Origin: a virus
Lineage: Duplodnaviria > Caudoviricetes
Virus record (IMG/VR): IMGVR_UViG_3300050343_000159
Strand: one strand, 5' to 3'
DNA: 64,000 nucleotides
This document shows, piece after piece, positions 35,137 to 46,725 of the stretch (position 1 is its first letter; the number at the start of each line of letters is the position of its first letter). Under the pieces are notes generated by a model. It searched no databases, was not told the origin of the DNA, and was given only the letters and a program-made list of their open reading frames with translations. The position numbers and the translations under genes are program-made.

Positions 35137-36084
35137 ATGGGTTTCGGAGACCTGAAGAAGCAGTCTTCTCTTGGTAGTCTTACTGCCAAACTTGTTAAAG
35201 AAGTAGAGAAGCAAAATGGAGGTGGCCAAGGCGGAGCTGATGAACGCCTATGGAAACCAGTCATGGATAAGAGTGGTAACGGTTACGCCGTCATTCGATT
35301 CCTCCCAGCACCTGATGGAGAAGATCTCCCTTGGGCAAAGATGTTCTCTCATGCCTTCCAAGGAAACGGTGGATGGTATATCGAGAACTCACTCACCACT
35401 ATCGGACAGAAAGACCCTCTGGGTGAACTGAACCGTGAACTGTGGAACAGTGGTAATGATTCTGATAAGGACACAGTTCGTAAACAGAAACGTAAACTCT
35501 CCTTCTACGCCAACATTTATGTTGTCAAAGATCCTGCTAATCCTCAGAATGAGGGTGGAGTATTCCTCTACAAGTTCGGTAAGAAGATCTTTGATAAGAT
35601 CATGGAAGCAATGCAACCTGAGTTTGAAGATGAAGAGGCAATCAATCCCTTCGACTTCTGGCAAGGAGCAAACTTCAAACTGAAACTGAAGAAGGTTGCT
35701 GGTTATTGGAACTATGATTCCAGTGAGTTCGCAAACGTTGGTCCACTCTTGGACGACGATGATGCTATGGAAGCCATCTGGAAGAAAGAGTATTCACTTT
35801 CTGCCTTGGTTGCACCAGATCAATTTAAATCCTATGATGATCTGAAGAAGCGTCTTGATAATGTATTAGGTACAACATCAACACGTCAAGCAGCACAAGA
35901 AACACAGTATGATAACTACCAAGCAACAGAACAGAAGCGAGTCACAGAAGAGGAGGTCATGCAGAAGCTTGAAGACTCTTATCAGGCAGCCAAGTCAACA
36001 CCCACTGCTAGTGTCAGCAATACTAGTGACGGAGATGACGAGGAAGATCCTATGAGCTACTTCTCTAAGTTGGCTGATAGTTAA
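35137..36084 (+). CDS. gp32: single-stranded DNA-binding protein (T4 gp32)
   Basis: DERLWKP, AVIRFLPA, GWYIENS, KRKLSFYANI, FGKKIFDKI, GANFKLK, YDSSEF, acidic tail. Confidence 0.96.
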   Translation: MGFGDLKKQSSLGSLTAKLVKEVEKQNGGGQGGADERLWKPVMDKSGNGYAVIRFLPAPDGEDLPWAKMFSHAFQGNGGWYIENSLTTIGQKDPLGELNRELWNSGNDSDKDTVRKQKRKLSFYANIYVVKDPANPQNEGGVFLYKFGKKIFDKIMEAMQPEFEDEEAINPFDFWQGANFKLKLKKVAGYWNYDSSEFANVGPLLDDDDAMEAIWKKEYSLSALVAPDQFKSYDDLKKRLDNVLGTTSTRQAAQETQYDNYQATEQKRVTEEEVMQKLEDSYQAAKSTPTASVSNTSDGDDEEDPMSYFSKLADS

Positions 36085-36117
36085 ACCAAAATCAACTATT
36101 GATTTCATTTACCTAGG

Positions 36118-36156
36118 ATAAAAAATCCTGGGTATTTTTTTGCCCTATTACTTTTT
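36118..36156. repeat. 39-bp dispersed intergenic element, copy 1
   Basis: ATAAAAAATCCTGGGTATTTTTTTGCCCTATTACTTTTT; 33/39 identical to 55392-55430. Confidence 0.75.
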
Positions 36157-36822
36157 ATTGATACAATCTGATGTTGTCACCACGGACAAGTGATCTACCA
36201 ATGTATTGAGTACTACCTTCTTTATATGGCATCAGTTGTTCGATCTCATTGAGAATCAAGGAAGATGTAATCTGATCTGAGTAGATAGATATTCTTTTCT
36301 TTTCTTGTATCTATCTTCATATACAAGATTGGATACCTCACCTGTAACATTAGTTGCAATTTTTTCAACACCATTATCAAAGTAAGTGATTGAAAAATCT
36401 TGTGGTACTTCTAATCCTTTAGGAAGAATTACATTCTTATTTGTATCAAGAACCTCTATTGTTTCATAGTGATGAACACCATACATGTTTTCATAAGAAC
36501 CATACTTATTCATCAGATAATTGTTGTATGAGATCTGATCCATAGGCCACTCTGTCTGTAGATTGATAATATTATTGGAAAGCATTACCAACCAATCAAG
36601 ATTAGAGTCTTCATATACCTTATAAGCTACAGAGTCAGGTCTCTCTTGATTTTTAATGGTATACTTATTGAAGAATGTGAGATCACCAAAGATTTCATCA
36701 GACAGTTTTACTCTCTTGAAGAGGTTCTTTGTCTTAACATAATCATTAATAAGTTTTGAATTAGGAAGACGACTTACATAGTCGAAGTCTGGTACATGTT
36801 TGAAATAAGTTTTGCTAGCCAT
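36155..36822 (-). CDS. gp53: baseplate wedge subunit (T4 gp53); apparent indel near 36290
   Basis: YFKHVPDF, ERPDSVAYKVY.DS.LDWLV, NNI..L..EWP. Confidence 0.85.
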
Positions 36823-38184
36823 TAGAATCCAGTGCCTCCTGCATTTTGTTGTTCGTCTGCGTAGATAGGAACGATTTCTTGGAACGTCATAGTTACATCG
36901 TATCCAGTCATACCACCATCTTGATATGTCATGTAACTATTATCTGGAGTGTATAGTTAACATTGAACCCTGATAACATACAAGGTTTCATCCTATTCAT
37001 AAATGGGTGATCTTCTCCACTATTGTGGATGTATTTGATAGTGAAGATGTTTGGAGTGAGTAGGAACATCTCTGTAGCTGATCTTTGAACAGCCATATTT
37101 CTTTTAAAGATTCTAATAATCTCTTTAACTGCTACTGATTCATCTTCAAATCTAGGTCTAAACTGAAAAGCGAAATTAAAAGTTCTCAGGTTTGGACCTT
37201 TGAATAACAACTCCATATTTGGATTGAGAACAGAACCTGTGGCTCTAGTAAGAAGACCTGGAGCCTGTGCTGCTTGTCCAGCAAAATAAGCTATAATAGC
37301 AGACTTGTTTTCTCCTGTCTGCTTTTAGAAGTTTATCTAATTCTTCTTTACTTTGACTAGCAAATGTTTAAGTGACCAGCAACCATTCCTTCACCACTAG
37401 TACATTCAGAGTATCAAGTGCAATTCTTCCAGCAGCTGCTTGAATTGCATTCATACTATCAGCACCAAAACCAACAGAGTTAGATTCTTCTCTTCCAGGT
37501 AACATTGGGAGACTGATAGTTTCCAATGCTCCACCTACTCTTTCTGTCCACTTGAAGTAGTTAATTGATCAATATTTCCAGCAGCTTTATATTCATGAGC
37601 TGTGAATGTAACAAAATCATATCCAAGATTTGGAATTTGTCCCAGTGGATATCTTAGATTCTGTCCAGCGACAGAACCAATAGGTTTTTCTGATATCGGT
37701 CTTAATTCAAAACTATTACTACCACCTTCATCTTCTCCTTGATTTTTATCAGGATCTCTACACTACTACCCTGACTATTATTCTTCTCACCTGTTTCTGG
37801 ATTCTTTACACCTGGTATTCCATTCTCAGAAAAAGATACTTGATTTCTTACAGCTCCTGATATGCCACTATAGTTTTCATCGTTGTTTAGAACAGCAGCT
37901 CTGTCATTATTGAATAACTTTGTTCCTTCTGTAAAAAACTTTTTATTAAAATCTTCTTGTGTAAGAGCAGGTTTGCCCTGAGTTCTTTGTTTGTTATTAT
38001 ATCTGCGACGAAATCCTGCTTGATCATTGTAAGACCACTTTCCTTTTGCATCACCAGTCGCTAAAAGATCTCCCTGAATTCCAAGAAAGGAACCAGATCT
38101 AAGTTCGATAACACCAGTGTCGGTATCAGTGGTTTCTTCTACTGGTAGACCATTCCAAACTCTAGTGGTCTTAACTTTGGCCAT
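36822..38184 (-). CDS. gp48: baseplate tail-tube cap (T4 gp48); several apparent indels
   Basis: NLRYP, NPNMELLFKGPNLRTFNFAFQFRPR, PNIFTIKY, KPCMLSGFNVNY. Confidence 0.8.
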
Positions 38185-38196
38185 TTGGATTATACC

Positions 38197-38592
38197 TTAC
38201 GAGTTATTTATCTTGTAGTTTTGATATGGAATACTTCTCAGGTCTTCCAACTCTGATGGATACACTAGGTATGGGTTAGTAACTAGTTCTTCCCAAGTAT
38301 AATTACGATAGTCTCCCCAGTGATAATTGATACCTGAGAACCCCCACTGATATACACCAGTACAAGCTATGAGAGGATTTGAATCATATTCAATCCTAGG
38401 TGTCTTTGGTTTATAGGAGAAGGTGTAGTATGCACCAACCTGTGGTATTGGTGCAGGTGTATCAGTAAGAAGAGTGAGGATGGCTTCCATCATTCTGTCA
38501 GATTCTCTTAAAATTCTGACATCATCTACGAGGCCGTTTATTCGACTGTCTTCTCCGTTGTACTCCTCCAGATCCAGTGCGTCTACTATCAT
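38197..38592 (-). CDS. conserved T4-like hypothetical protein
   Basis: YYTFSYKPKT..YDSNPLI..WGFSGINYHW. Confidence 0.6.
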   Translation of the reverse strand: MIVDALDLEEYNGEDSRINGLVDDVRILRESDRMMEAILTLLTDTPAPIPQVGAYYTFSYKPKTPRIEYDSNPLIACTGVYQWGFSGINYHWGDYRNYTWEELVTNPYLVYPSELEDLRSIPYQNYKINNS

Positions 38593-39037
38593 GTTGTTTG
38601 ATACCTAACTCATCCTCTGTGATGATTCTAAATTCAATACCATTATCTTTAGCAAACTCTGTAGCTGCTGCCCACTTAGCCATATTCTTTTCATACATTG
38701 AAGCTTCATAAAGAAATGATTTGGTAACACGAACACCTGGTTTGGGTGGTTGTGTTTGTTTCTTTGGTTTAACTTCTATAATTTGTTTCTTTACCTTACC
38801 AGATGAATCACGAAATTCAATCAGATAGTCTGGATAATATCTATGTAATCTATTATCTACTGGTGAGATATAGGGGATACTAAACTCTTCTGAAGCCCAC
38901 CTAAGTATGTTGGGATTGGTATCACACCACTTACAAAACACCCTTTCCCATGAGGAACGACAGATGATGTTATTGGGATTGCCTTGATACTTCTCAGGGT
39001 GAGAAGGTTTATACTTTGACTTTACGAATTGTCCCAA
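38522..39037 (-). CDS. gp4: head completion nuclease (T4 gp4)
   Basis: KYKPSHPEKYQG, RSSWE, WASEE, RYYPD, IEVKP, KWAAA. Confidence 0.9.
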   Translation of the reverse strand: MGQFVKSKYKPSHPEKYQGNPNNIICRSSWERVFCKWCDTNPNILRWASEEFSIPYISPVDNRLHRYYPDYLIEFRDSSGKVKKQIIEVKPKKQTQPPKPGVRVTKSFLYEASMYEKNMAKWAAATEFAKDNGIEFRIITEDELGIKQHDSRRTGSGGVQRRRQSNKRPRR

Positions 39038-39068
39038 AACTCATATACATAGTAATAGTAATCAAGTA

Positions 39069-39076
39069 TATTTATA
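39069..39076 (-). promoter_or_regulatory. T4-type late promoter
   Basis: Perfect TATAAATA on the minus strand upstream of gp4. Confidence 0.7.
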
Positions 39077-39077
39077 G

Positions 39078-39742
39078 ATGGCTATCGGACCCATCAAAAC
39101 ATCAGAACTGAAGAGTCGTATACTTCAGTCTTGCTCAGACATCCGTATATCAAATCAAGTTATCACCTCCTGATGCTGTCCTAAGACTCACCTTAACTTG
39201 AATGGATTTAATTATGATAATGATGGTGAGGATATAGAACTGTTATGTAATAGTGCTGTGTTACCTGGAACTAGTTTGTCAACACATGAAGTGATTGGTG
39301 ATTACCAAGGTGTTCGTGAGAGGATGGCCTATCGCCGTCAGTATGATGATACAGTTGATCTAACATTCTATGTTGATCATGACTACAAGGTTGTAGATTT
39401 CTTTGATGGTTGGATTGATTATATTTCTGGACAAGGGAATGGTCAGAGACTAAGTAATACTAATGCAAGGAAGTTTGGAGCAAACTACAGGATGAATTAT
39501 CCTGCTAGTTATAAAACTAATATGTATATTGTCAAGTTTGAAAAAGATGTATCGACAGTTCGAGAGTATTTGAATCTGATGATGACATCATATCAACTGA
39601 CATATACACTAGTCAATGCCTTTCCCTCAACATTATTAGTACTCCTATTTCATATGAGGGAAGTCAGATTCTTAAGTATTCAGTATCAATGAGTATGCAG
39701 AGATATACAATTGATAAATCTCAAATTGTCGCTCTAGTTTGA
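39078..39742 (+). CDS. tail-tube/baseplate initiator-like protein (gp54/gp19 family); several apparent indels
   Basis: LLCNSAVLPG.SL.T, ERMAYRRQYDD, TFYVD, FFDGWIDYI, NAFP. Confidence 0.65.
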
Positions 39743-39777
39743 CCGATAAATATACACACTGAGGTTTTTAGAATATT

Positions 39778-40497
39778 ATGCCTTTACCAAAAATTGCAAC
39801 ACCTACCTATGAGTTGGTGTTACCTTCTACAAAGAAGACTATTAGCTATCGTCCTTTCCTTGTGAAGGAAGAGAAACTTCTTGTTCTTGCTTTAGAAAGT
39901 GAAGATAGTAAACAGATCACAACTGCAGTTAAGGCTGTAATTAAAAATTGTGTGACAACAAGAGGTGTCAAAGTAGAACAACTACCTACATTTGATATTG
40001 AGTATCTGTTCCTCAACATTCGTGGTAAGTCTGTTGGTGAAGAAGTAGAAGTCAACATCACTGCCCCTGATGATGGTGAGACACAGATCCCTGTAACTAT
40101 TTCTCTTGATGAGATTAAAGTTGTAGAGAGTGAAGATCACAACAAACAGATCAAACTTGATGATGAGTTGATGATGGAGATGAGGTATCCTTCATTGGAT
40201 CAGTTCATTAAGAACAACTTCTCTGATACTGATGAGTTGAATATTGAGAAATCATTTGAACTGGTGGCAAGTTGTATTGATAAGATCTACAATGAAGATG
40301 AAGTATGGTCTACTTCTGACTGTACTAAGAAAGAAGTTGTTGAATTCCTTGAGGGTATGAACTCAATTCAATTTAAACAGATTGAGAAGTTCTTTGAGAC
40401 AATGCCTAAACTTTCACATACAGTTGAGGTAGTCAATCCTAAAACTAAAGAGAAGAGTACTATCGTATTAGAAGGTCTCTCAAGTTTTTTCGCGTAG
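39778..40497 (+). CDS. gp26: baseplate hub subunit (T4 gp26)
   Basis: MPLPKIATPTYEL, YRPFLVKEEK, FDIEYLFLNIRGKS, FFETMPKL, LEGLSSFF. Confidence 0.9.
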   Translation: MPLPKIATPTYELVLPSTKKTISYRPFLVKEEKLLVLALESEDSKQITTAVKAVIKNCVTTRGVKVEQLPTFDIEYLFLNIRGKSVGEEVEVNITAPDDGETQIPVTISLDEIKVVESEDHNKQIKLDDELMMEMRYPSLDQFIKNNFSDTDELNIEKSFELVASCIDKIYNEDEVWSTSDCTKKEVVEFLEGMNSIQFKQIEKFFETMPKLSHTVEVVNPKTKEKSTIVLEGLSSFFA

Positions 40498-40499
40498 CC

Positions 40500-40673
40500 A
40501 TGATCCACATGGATCTTGAGGCTTATTTTAAACTCAACTTCGCTTTGATGCAGTACCATAAATACTCATTGACAGAGATTGAAAATATGATGCCTTGGGA
40601 GCGTGATGTTTATGTCGCACTTCTCCAACAACACCTTGAGGAAGAAGAAGAAAAGGCTAAACAGAGGAGTTAA
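40500..40673 (+). CDS. gp51: baseplate hub assembly protein (T4 gp51)
   Basis: YFKLNFALMQYHKYSLTEIENMMPWERDVYV. Confidence 0.88.
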   Translation: MIHMDLEAYFKLNFALMQYHKYSLTEIENMMPWERDVYVALLQQHLEEEEEKAKQRS

Positions 40674-43376
40674 TGGCTTTAACAATCTACGAAGGAATTA
40701 AAGATGATCAACAAGTCGATGAGAATATCGATGAGGAGATCCTTCGCCTTCTTGGATTGGAAGATGTAAGTGACTTAGATTATGATGAATATAAAACTCT
40801 TCTGAAGGAGAGGATGGCTGCCGGTAGAATGCCAGGTAATGATATCCCTACAGAAGATACAGAAAGACTTACGGAAGAATTCAAAAGAGTAAAGAAAGAG
40901 ACTGGTAAATTTAAGGTAAAGAATAATAAGATCAAGTTTAATTCTGTAGTTAAAGCAACAGAAAAAATCAAGACCAGTATCTAATCCTACCAAGACATTG
41001 ATGGGTAGTGATGTAGAACCTGAAGAAAAAGAAACTGAAGTTGAAGGTGAACCACAAGAAATGATGGGGTTTCTCACTGCAGTGGTGGCTCCTAGTCTCT
41101 CAAAGATTGAAACAAGTCTTTTTAATATTCTTTCAAATCTAAGTAGTCAGCAACAAGCAGAAGATAAAGCCTCAGAAAAGGGTAGAGTTGCTGGTCAGAA
41201 GGCAAAGAAAAGAGATAAGGAAGAGAAACAAGAGTCAGGAAAAGGTCTCTTAGATGGTTTGGGAAATATAGGCAAGAAAGTTTTATCACCTCTGTCTGGT
41301 CTTTTTAGTTCTATCTTTAAGTTTCTTTATAATATTGTTCTTGGTATGTTGGCACTTGGGGTGCTTGAGTTCCTGAAAGATCCTGGTAAGATATTCAGAG
41401 ATATTGGTAATTCAATTATTGATTTCTTCAATGGGTTTATAAAAAGTATATTTGATATTATATTTTTCCCCTATGAATACTTTTATCAACTTATTAAATG
41501 GTTCTATCAATGAATTTGAGTTTGCTATAAACAATACTATAGGTAAGATACCTGGTATTCCTGATCTCAAACTTCCAGACATTCCAAATATAGAAGCCCC
41601 ACAGATACCAAGGATTGAACCTCCCCAGAGAAGACTGAAAAACCAAAAGATCCTGCATCAAAAGTACCTATTCCTGCAACTGCCATGGCAGGTGGTGGCG
41701 AAGTTACTAATGTCACCAATAATAATACTACCAATAATAATATTATTGATGGTAATACCAATAAGTATTACCAACTTATGGAAGGTGGTGGTAAAGTTAG
41801 AACTGATAGTGGAGAGAAGGTTACAGGTGCTGGTCCTGATACACAACTGGTAGCACTCCAACCTGGTGAATTGTGATGCAGGTAGATGCTTATGGAAAGA
41901 CAGATAGACTCTACTGGGTATGAACGCAGCTGCTGGTGGAACTAATGCCAATCACCTAAGATGGCAAAGGTTCAGAGTGCCTCTGGTGGAGGGTTGATTC
42001 CTGCTATGTCTGGTGGTGGTTATGTTGGAGCGAGTAATGTTGTTGACACTGGATATCAAGACTACAAAGGTAGGCCAGTTATGTTGGCACCACCTGCAGC
42101 ATCTGCATTCAAACAGATGGTTAGTGATGGAATGCCATACAATCCTGCTGATGTCGCAAATGTTTATAGAGACAAAGCTGAGTACAATAGATTAAAAAGT
42201 CAAGGATATAGTCCAGCTTCAAATAGTTTCCACAACCATGGTGAAGCTGCTGATATTCATGGTGCAATGAACACCTGGATTAGAAAAAATGGTGCTAAGT
42301 ATGGGTGGAGAGCTAATGATTATAGTGGATCACATGGTGGTCACTTTGAATACAAAGGTGGTGGTAGTGGTAAAACTCAAGTAGATCCTCAAGAGACTGT
42401 AACAGGTAAACCTAAATCATCTAGTGGTGGAGGAGGAAGTAGTAAAGGAAGATGGGGTCCTATTCTTGACCTAATCGCTGAAGGGGAATCAGATACATCT
42501 GGTGGATATGATGCTATGAATCCTGGTAGAAATACAAAAGCTGAGGGTAAACCAATCACTCAGATGACTATGAAACAGGTCAGAGATATGGCTATGAGTT
42601 CTACCAAGGGAACAGGTGCAGCTGGTAGGTATCAAATTATGCCAGTATATAATGGTGTGAATGTATTCAAACAATTAGTAGAGTCTGTTGGTCTAAACTA
42701 TGAGACAGATTTATTCTCACCTGCAAATCAGGACAAGATGGGAATCTATCGTTTAGCAGTGACCAGAGGAGGAAATGATTGGTTATCTGGTAAGATGTCA
42801 GATGAAGCTTTTGGTAAAGGAATATCTTATGAGTGGGCAGCACTCAAGAGTAAGTCTGGTGGTGCCTATGATGGTGATGGTAGAAATAAATCTACCATTG
42901 GATATAATAGAGTACTCAAAGCAATGGGTGATGTAAAGAGTGGTAAGGGTGTTAGTACAGAAGATTTGAGAACTCCAAATCAGACACCTGGATCTTCTGG
43001 ACTACCTCAAGTAGACACTTCAACACCTTTGCGCCCGCATGGACATTCTCACCCATTGCTGAGATGGCAGGAACACCTGGTGCTAATAATCAATCATCAG
43101 GACCAAGTACCTCAGACTCTGGCTGTTCCAAGTATGACACCTGGTAGTTCTTCACTACCAATAGTATCACCTAAAGTAAAACCATCATCAAGATCTAACA
43201 TACAACCACCCAAGTCTCGAACTGGATCAGGTGGTATTGTTCCTATACCTATACCAGGACAAAAACAACCAACTTCTAGTTCTGGTGGAAACCAAACAGA
43301 TGCACCTATGTTCCCATCAACAGATCAGAATAATCCAGAGTTGTTGGTCATCAAATCCATTTATAATATCGTATAA
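40673..43376 (+). CDS. large baseplate/tape-measure-associated protein with M15-like peptidase and lysozyme-like domains; several apparent indels
   Basis: Re-joined fragments. SFHNHGEAADI..WIRKNG.KYGW..HFEY (peptidase); ILDLIAEGES..AAGRYQ..QD..EWAAL (lysozyme-like). Confidence 0.65.
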
Positions 43377-46300
43377 TGGCTGTAATATCAGGATCTATAG
43401 CGGCAATCGCAGCCGCATCTAAAGTCTTGGCCGGAACGATGACCAAGAAGGCAGTGATGGATGGTGCCAAGAAGTTTATAAAAGGTAAGGCTAAGAATGC
43501 TGTAAAGAATAGAGTTACTGGTAAGGGTAGAAAGAAAAAGAAAGGAAAGGGTGGAGAAGGTGGAACTGATGAACCTGGTGCAATCACAAAGGTTGGTCCA
43601 TCTGATATCATACCAACATCACCTATGTTTGGTGGGTTGGCTCTTCCTGATCCTGTAGAACCAAAAGTTCAAACAGTAAAACCAGTAGGTAAGGTTTCAT
43701 TCACATCCATCACTAATCAGTTGGATAGTATTGTATCTCTCACTGGATCAATTGAATCTGTTACTGGAAAAGGTATTGCGTCCAAGAAGAAGAGGGCAGC
43801 TACTGCAAGAAAGGATAGAGAGAAGGCAAAGAAGAGAGAGAAGGAGAATAAGAGAGAGGGTATTCTGGCTGGTGTTGGTGGTTTCTTATTGAACCAAGGT
43901 AAAAAAGCTGGTGAAGGGTTAGGTATCTTTAACTTCTTTACACAGTTATTCTTAGGGTTTGTTGCACTCTCATTACTCAAGTTTGCCAGACCAATCATGT
44001 CTGGTATTGAGTTTGCAACTAAAAATCTTCACCTAACATTCTTAGGATTTAAAGGTCTGAATGAAACATTCAAACTACTTGGACCTAAGGTATCTAAGTT
44101 CTTCAAAGATGGTCTTACTAAGTTAAAGAACTTCAAACCAAATATCTGGGGTAAGATTGGGAATGGTATTAAGGCTACCTTTAAAGCTCTAAGTAAAGTT
44201 CTTCCTGGTTTTATTACTAGGGGAGTAGAGAAGATTGCTGATATATCCAAGGCAATCGGTAATGCAGCAAAGGCAGCAGGTAGAGCTGCTACATTCAATA
44301 CAAGAACACAACAACTAGGAAGAACATCAGGAGCATTAGATAGACTTACTAATAGAGGTGGTGCTGGTGCTGGTCGTAACCTTGGTATTGGTGAAGGATT
44401 TAGAAGACTTCCTGGTGGTTCTGGAAAAATAACCAATACTCTGAGTAATAAAACCTTACAGATAAGAGCACAGTATGGTGATGAAGCTGCCAGAATGTTC
44501 CAAGGCCTGCTTGATAATGGTTTAGATTCTAAAAGAGCACTAACAAATGTTAACAAGGCAATAAGTTCAGGCAAACTAACATCTGCCCCTATGAAGGGAT
44601 CTCTTGGTGGTGGGATAAAAGGAAGCCAACTCTTTAAGGGTGGTGCTAATAGATCTCTGAACAGAGGTTTGATTAAAACCTTTGGAAAGAATAAGGCCAC
44701 GAGTTTTATTACCAAACAGGGTGGATTACTGGCAACCAAGTCAGGTATGTCTAGAATACCTATCATTGGTCCTCTGATTGTTGCTGTCACTACTTACTTT
44801 GAAGATGCTGATGGTGATGGTAAACCAGATAAGAACCTTGATAAAGCTTTGTTTAAAGCTGGTGGTACCCTGTTGGGTGGTTTCTTAGGAACCTTCCTTC
44901 CTATTCCTATTATTGGAACCATCCTTGGTGAGTTGATTGGTGAGTATGTTGGTGAGTTGTTTTATATACTTACTTAAAGGTGGTGGAATTAGTGAGGTTG
45001 GTAACAAGTTAAAAGAAGATATTGCGGCTGTTCTTCAAACAGGACAAAAGGTTCTTGGTTGGGCTGGTGATGGTTTTAAGAGAATGTATGAGGGATTGCC
45101 AAAGTTGAATATTCCTTTTGTGGATTATGGAATTGTTAATTTCCCTGCATTGATGATCAATCCACTACAGATTGCCCCTATTATGATGAAGGCGTTCTTC
45201 AGTAGAGATCCAATGTTACCTGGTGACGAAGAGAAAGTAGAGAAAGTAGATCAAGGAGATCTAACCAATGCCTCTGGACAGACTGGTGTTATGTCAGAAC
45301 AGGCTAAAGAGATATCCGAAGGTAAATACTATCTTCAACCGGGAGTTGGATACTTTAGAACTGGTGGAGATGGTGGTTTCGTAGGTAATACTGAAGAGGA
45401 AGCCATCAGTAATACTTCTCCTGATAGTCCACCTGCTTCAACAGAAAGTAGTTCAACAGATCAGAGTGGTAGTCCCACTATGCAGGGAGATAGACCTGGA
45501 TCTGATACTGCTGGATTGAAAGCTGTTGCTCCAAGTTCTAGTCAATCAGTCACACCATACAATGCATCTGGTGGTGATAAGAATAGAAAGATGTTCCTTC
45601 ACTGGACAGCTGGAGGTCACAATACACCTTACTCTTACTATCATACTACCTTCCTTGGTAGTGGTAAGGCTGTGAGATATACACCTTATGGTAAGGATAA
45701 AAACTCACACACAGCAGGTGCTAATACTGGTTCTATTGGTTTGAGTGTCGCTGCTATGTACGGACCAGACAATCAAGACAGAGCATCAACATGGCCTACA
45801 CCACCCACATCTGCACAGATGGATGCTATGGTTACTGAGGCGGCACAGATTGCTTTGGATTGGGGTTGGGATGCATCAACTGTTGATAAGAATGTAAGAA
45901 CTCATGGTGAGTGGGAAAGAGAAGCTACATCTACTGGACGTATTGTCAGGTGGCCCACAGAGATGGGATCTTGATAAACTAAAACCATCTGATCCTAACA
46001 TCAATGTTTCTAGAGTATTGAGCCATGGTGGTAATACTATGAGATCTAGGATTAAAGCCAAGATGGCCTCACTGAAAGGTGGAGCGGATCCAGAACAGAA
46101 GGAAGAGAAAGGATCACCTAATCCCCCACCAACTGTTGCTAAAGTATCACCAGTTGATCCATCTGAAGAGATGAAGAAACCCGAAAGGTCTGAATACACA
46201 GGTAGATCTGGTGCAGCTCAATATGAAAAAGATCTTAAGAAGTATGAGGCCAGACAGGGTACTCCGGTAAAAGCAGAAGTTACTCCTACAGAAACTATGA

Positions 46301-46725
46301 CTGGTCAAGATGTAAAACCAGTTGATCCTCCTGAGATGAAGAAACCTGAAAGATCTGATTACACAGGTAGATCTGGTGCAGCCAAATATGAAGAGGATAT
46401 GAAAGAGTATAACTCACAACAGAAGGAAGAACCAAAGATCACTCCAACTGATACACCAGAAGCTCCAGGTCAAACACCAGAACCATCAACACCTACAATC
46501 ACACCACAAAAGGCACCAACTCAGAATATTGGTAGTGTTGAGAAACAAGCTTCATATGAAAACCCTGGCGAAGGGTCACCAACTATTGTTCCATTACCAC
46601 CCCCACAACAATCATCAGGAGGTGGTGGAGGTGGTAAATCCTCTACTGGATCAACAGGTTCTGGAAACCTGTTAAATAGTTATTATGAAGCACAACTCTT
46701 AGGGTCCTTGTATAAAGTAGGTTAA
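43376..46725 (+). CDS. large tail/baseplate protein with amidase-like domain; apparent indels near 44970 and 45960
   Basis: Basic Ala/Gly-rich N-half; MFLHWTAG..YH..HTAGANTGSIGLS; late-gene context. Confidence 0.65.
46150..46413 (+). repeat. internal duplication (~33 aa x2) in the tail protein
   Basis: PVDPSEEMKKPERSEYTGRSGAAQYEKDLKKY at 46150 vs PVDPPEMKKPERSDYTGRSGAAKYEEDMKEY at 46318. Confidence 0.85.

Noticed and set aside
44029-44790. 253-aa minus-strand ORF and other long antisense ORFs (e.g. 14991-15389, 28570-28974, 49731-50096)
   Set aside because: They are shadows of strongly biased plus-strand coding and have no RBS, promoter or recognisable motifs.
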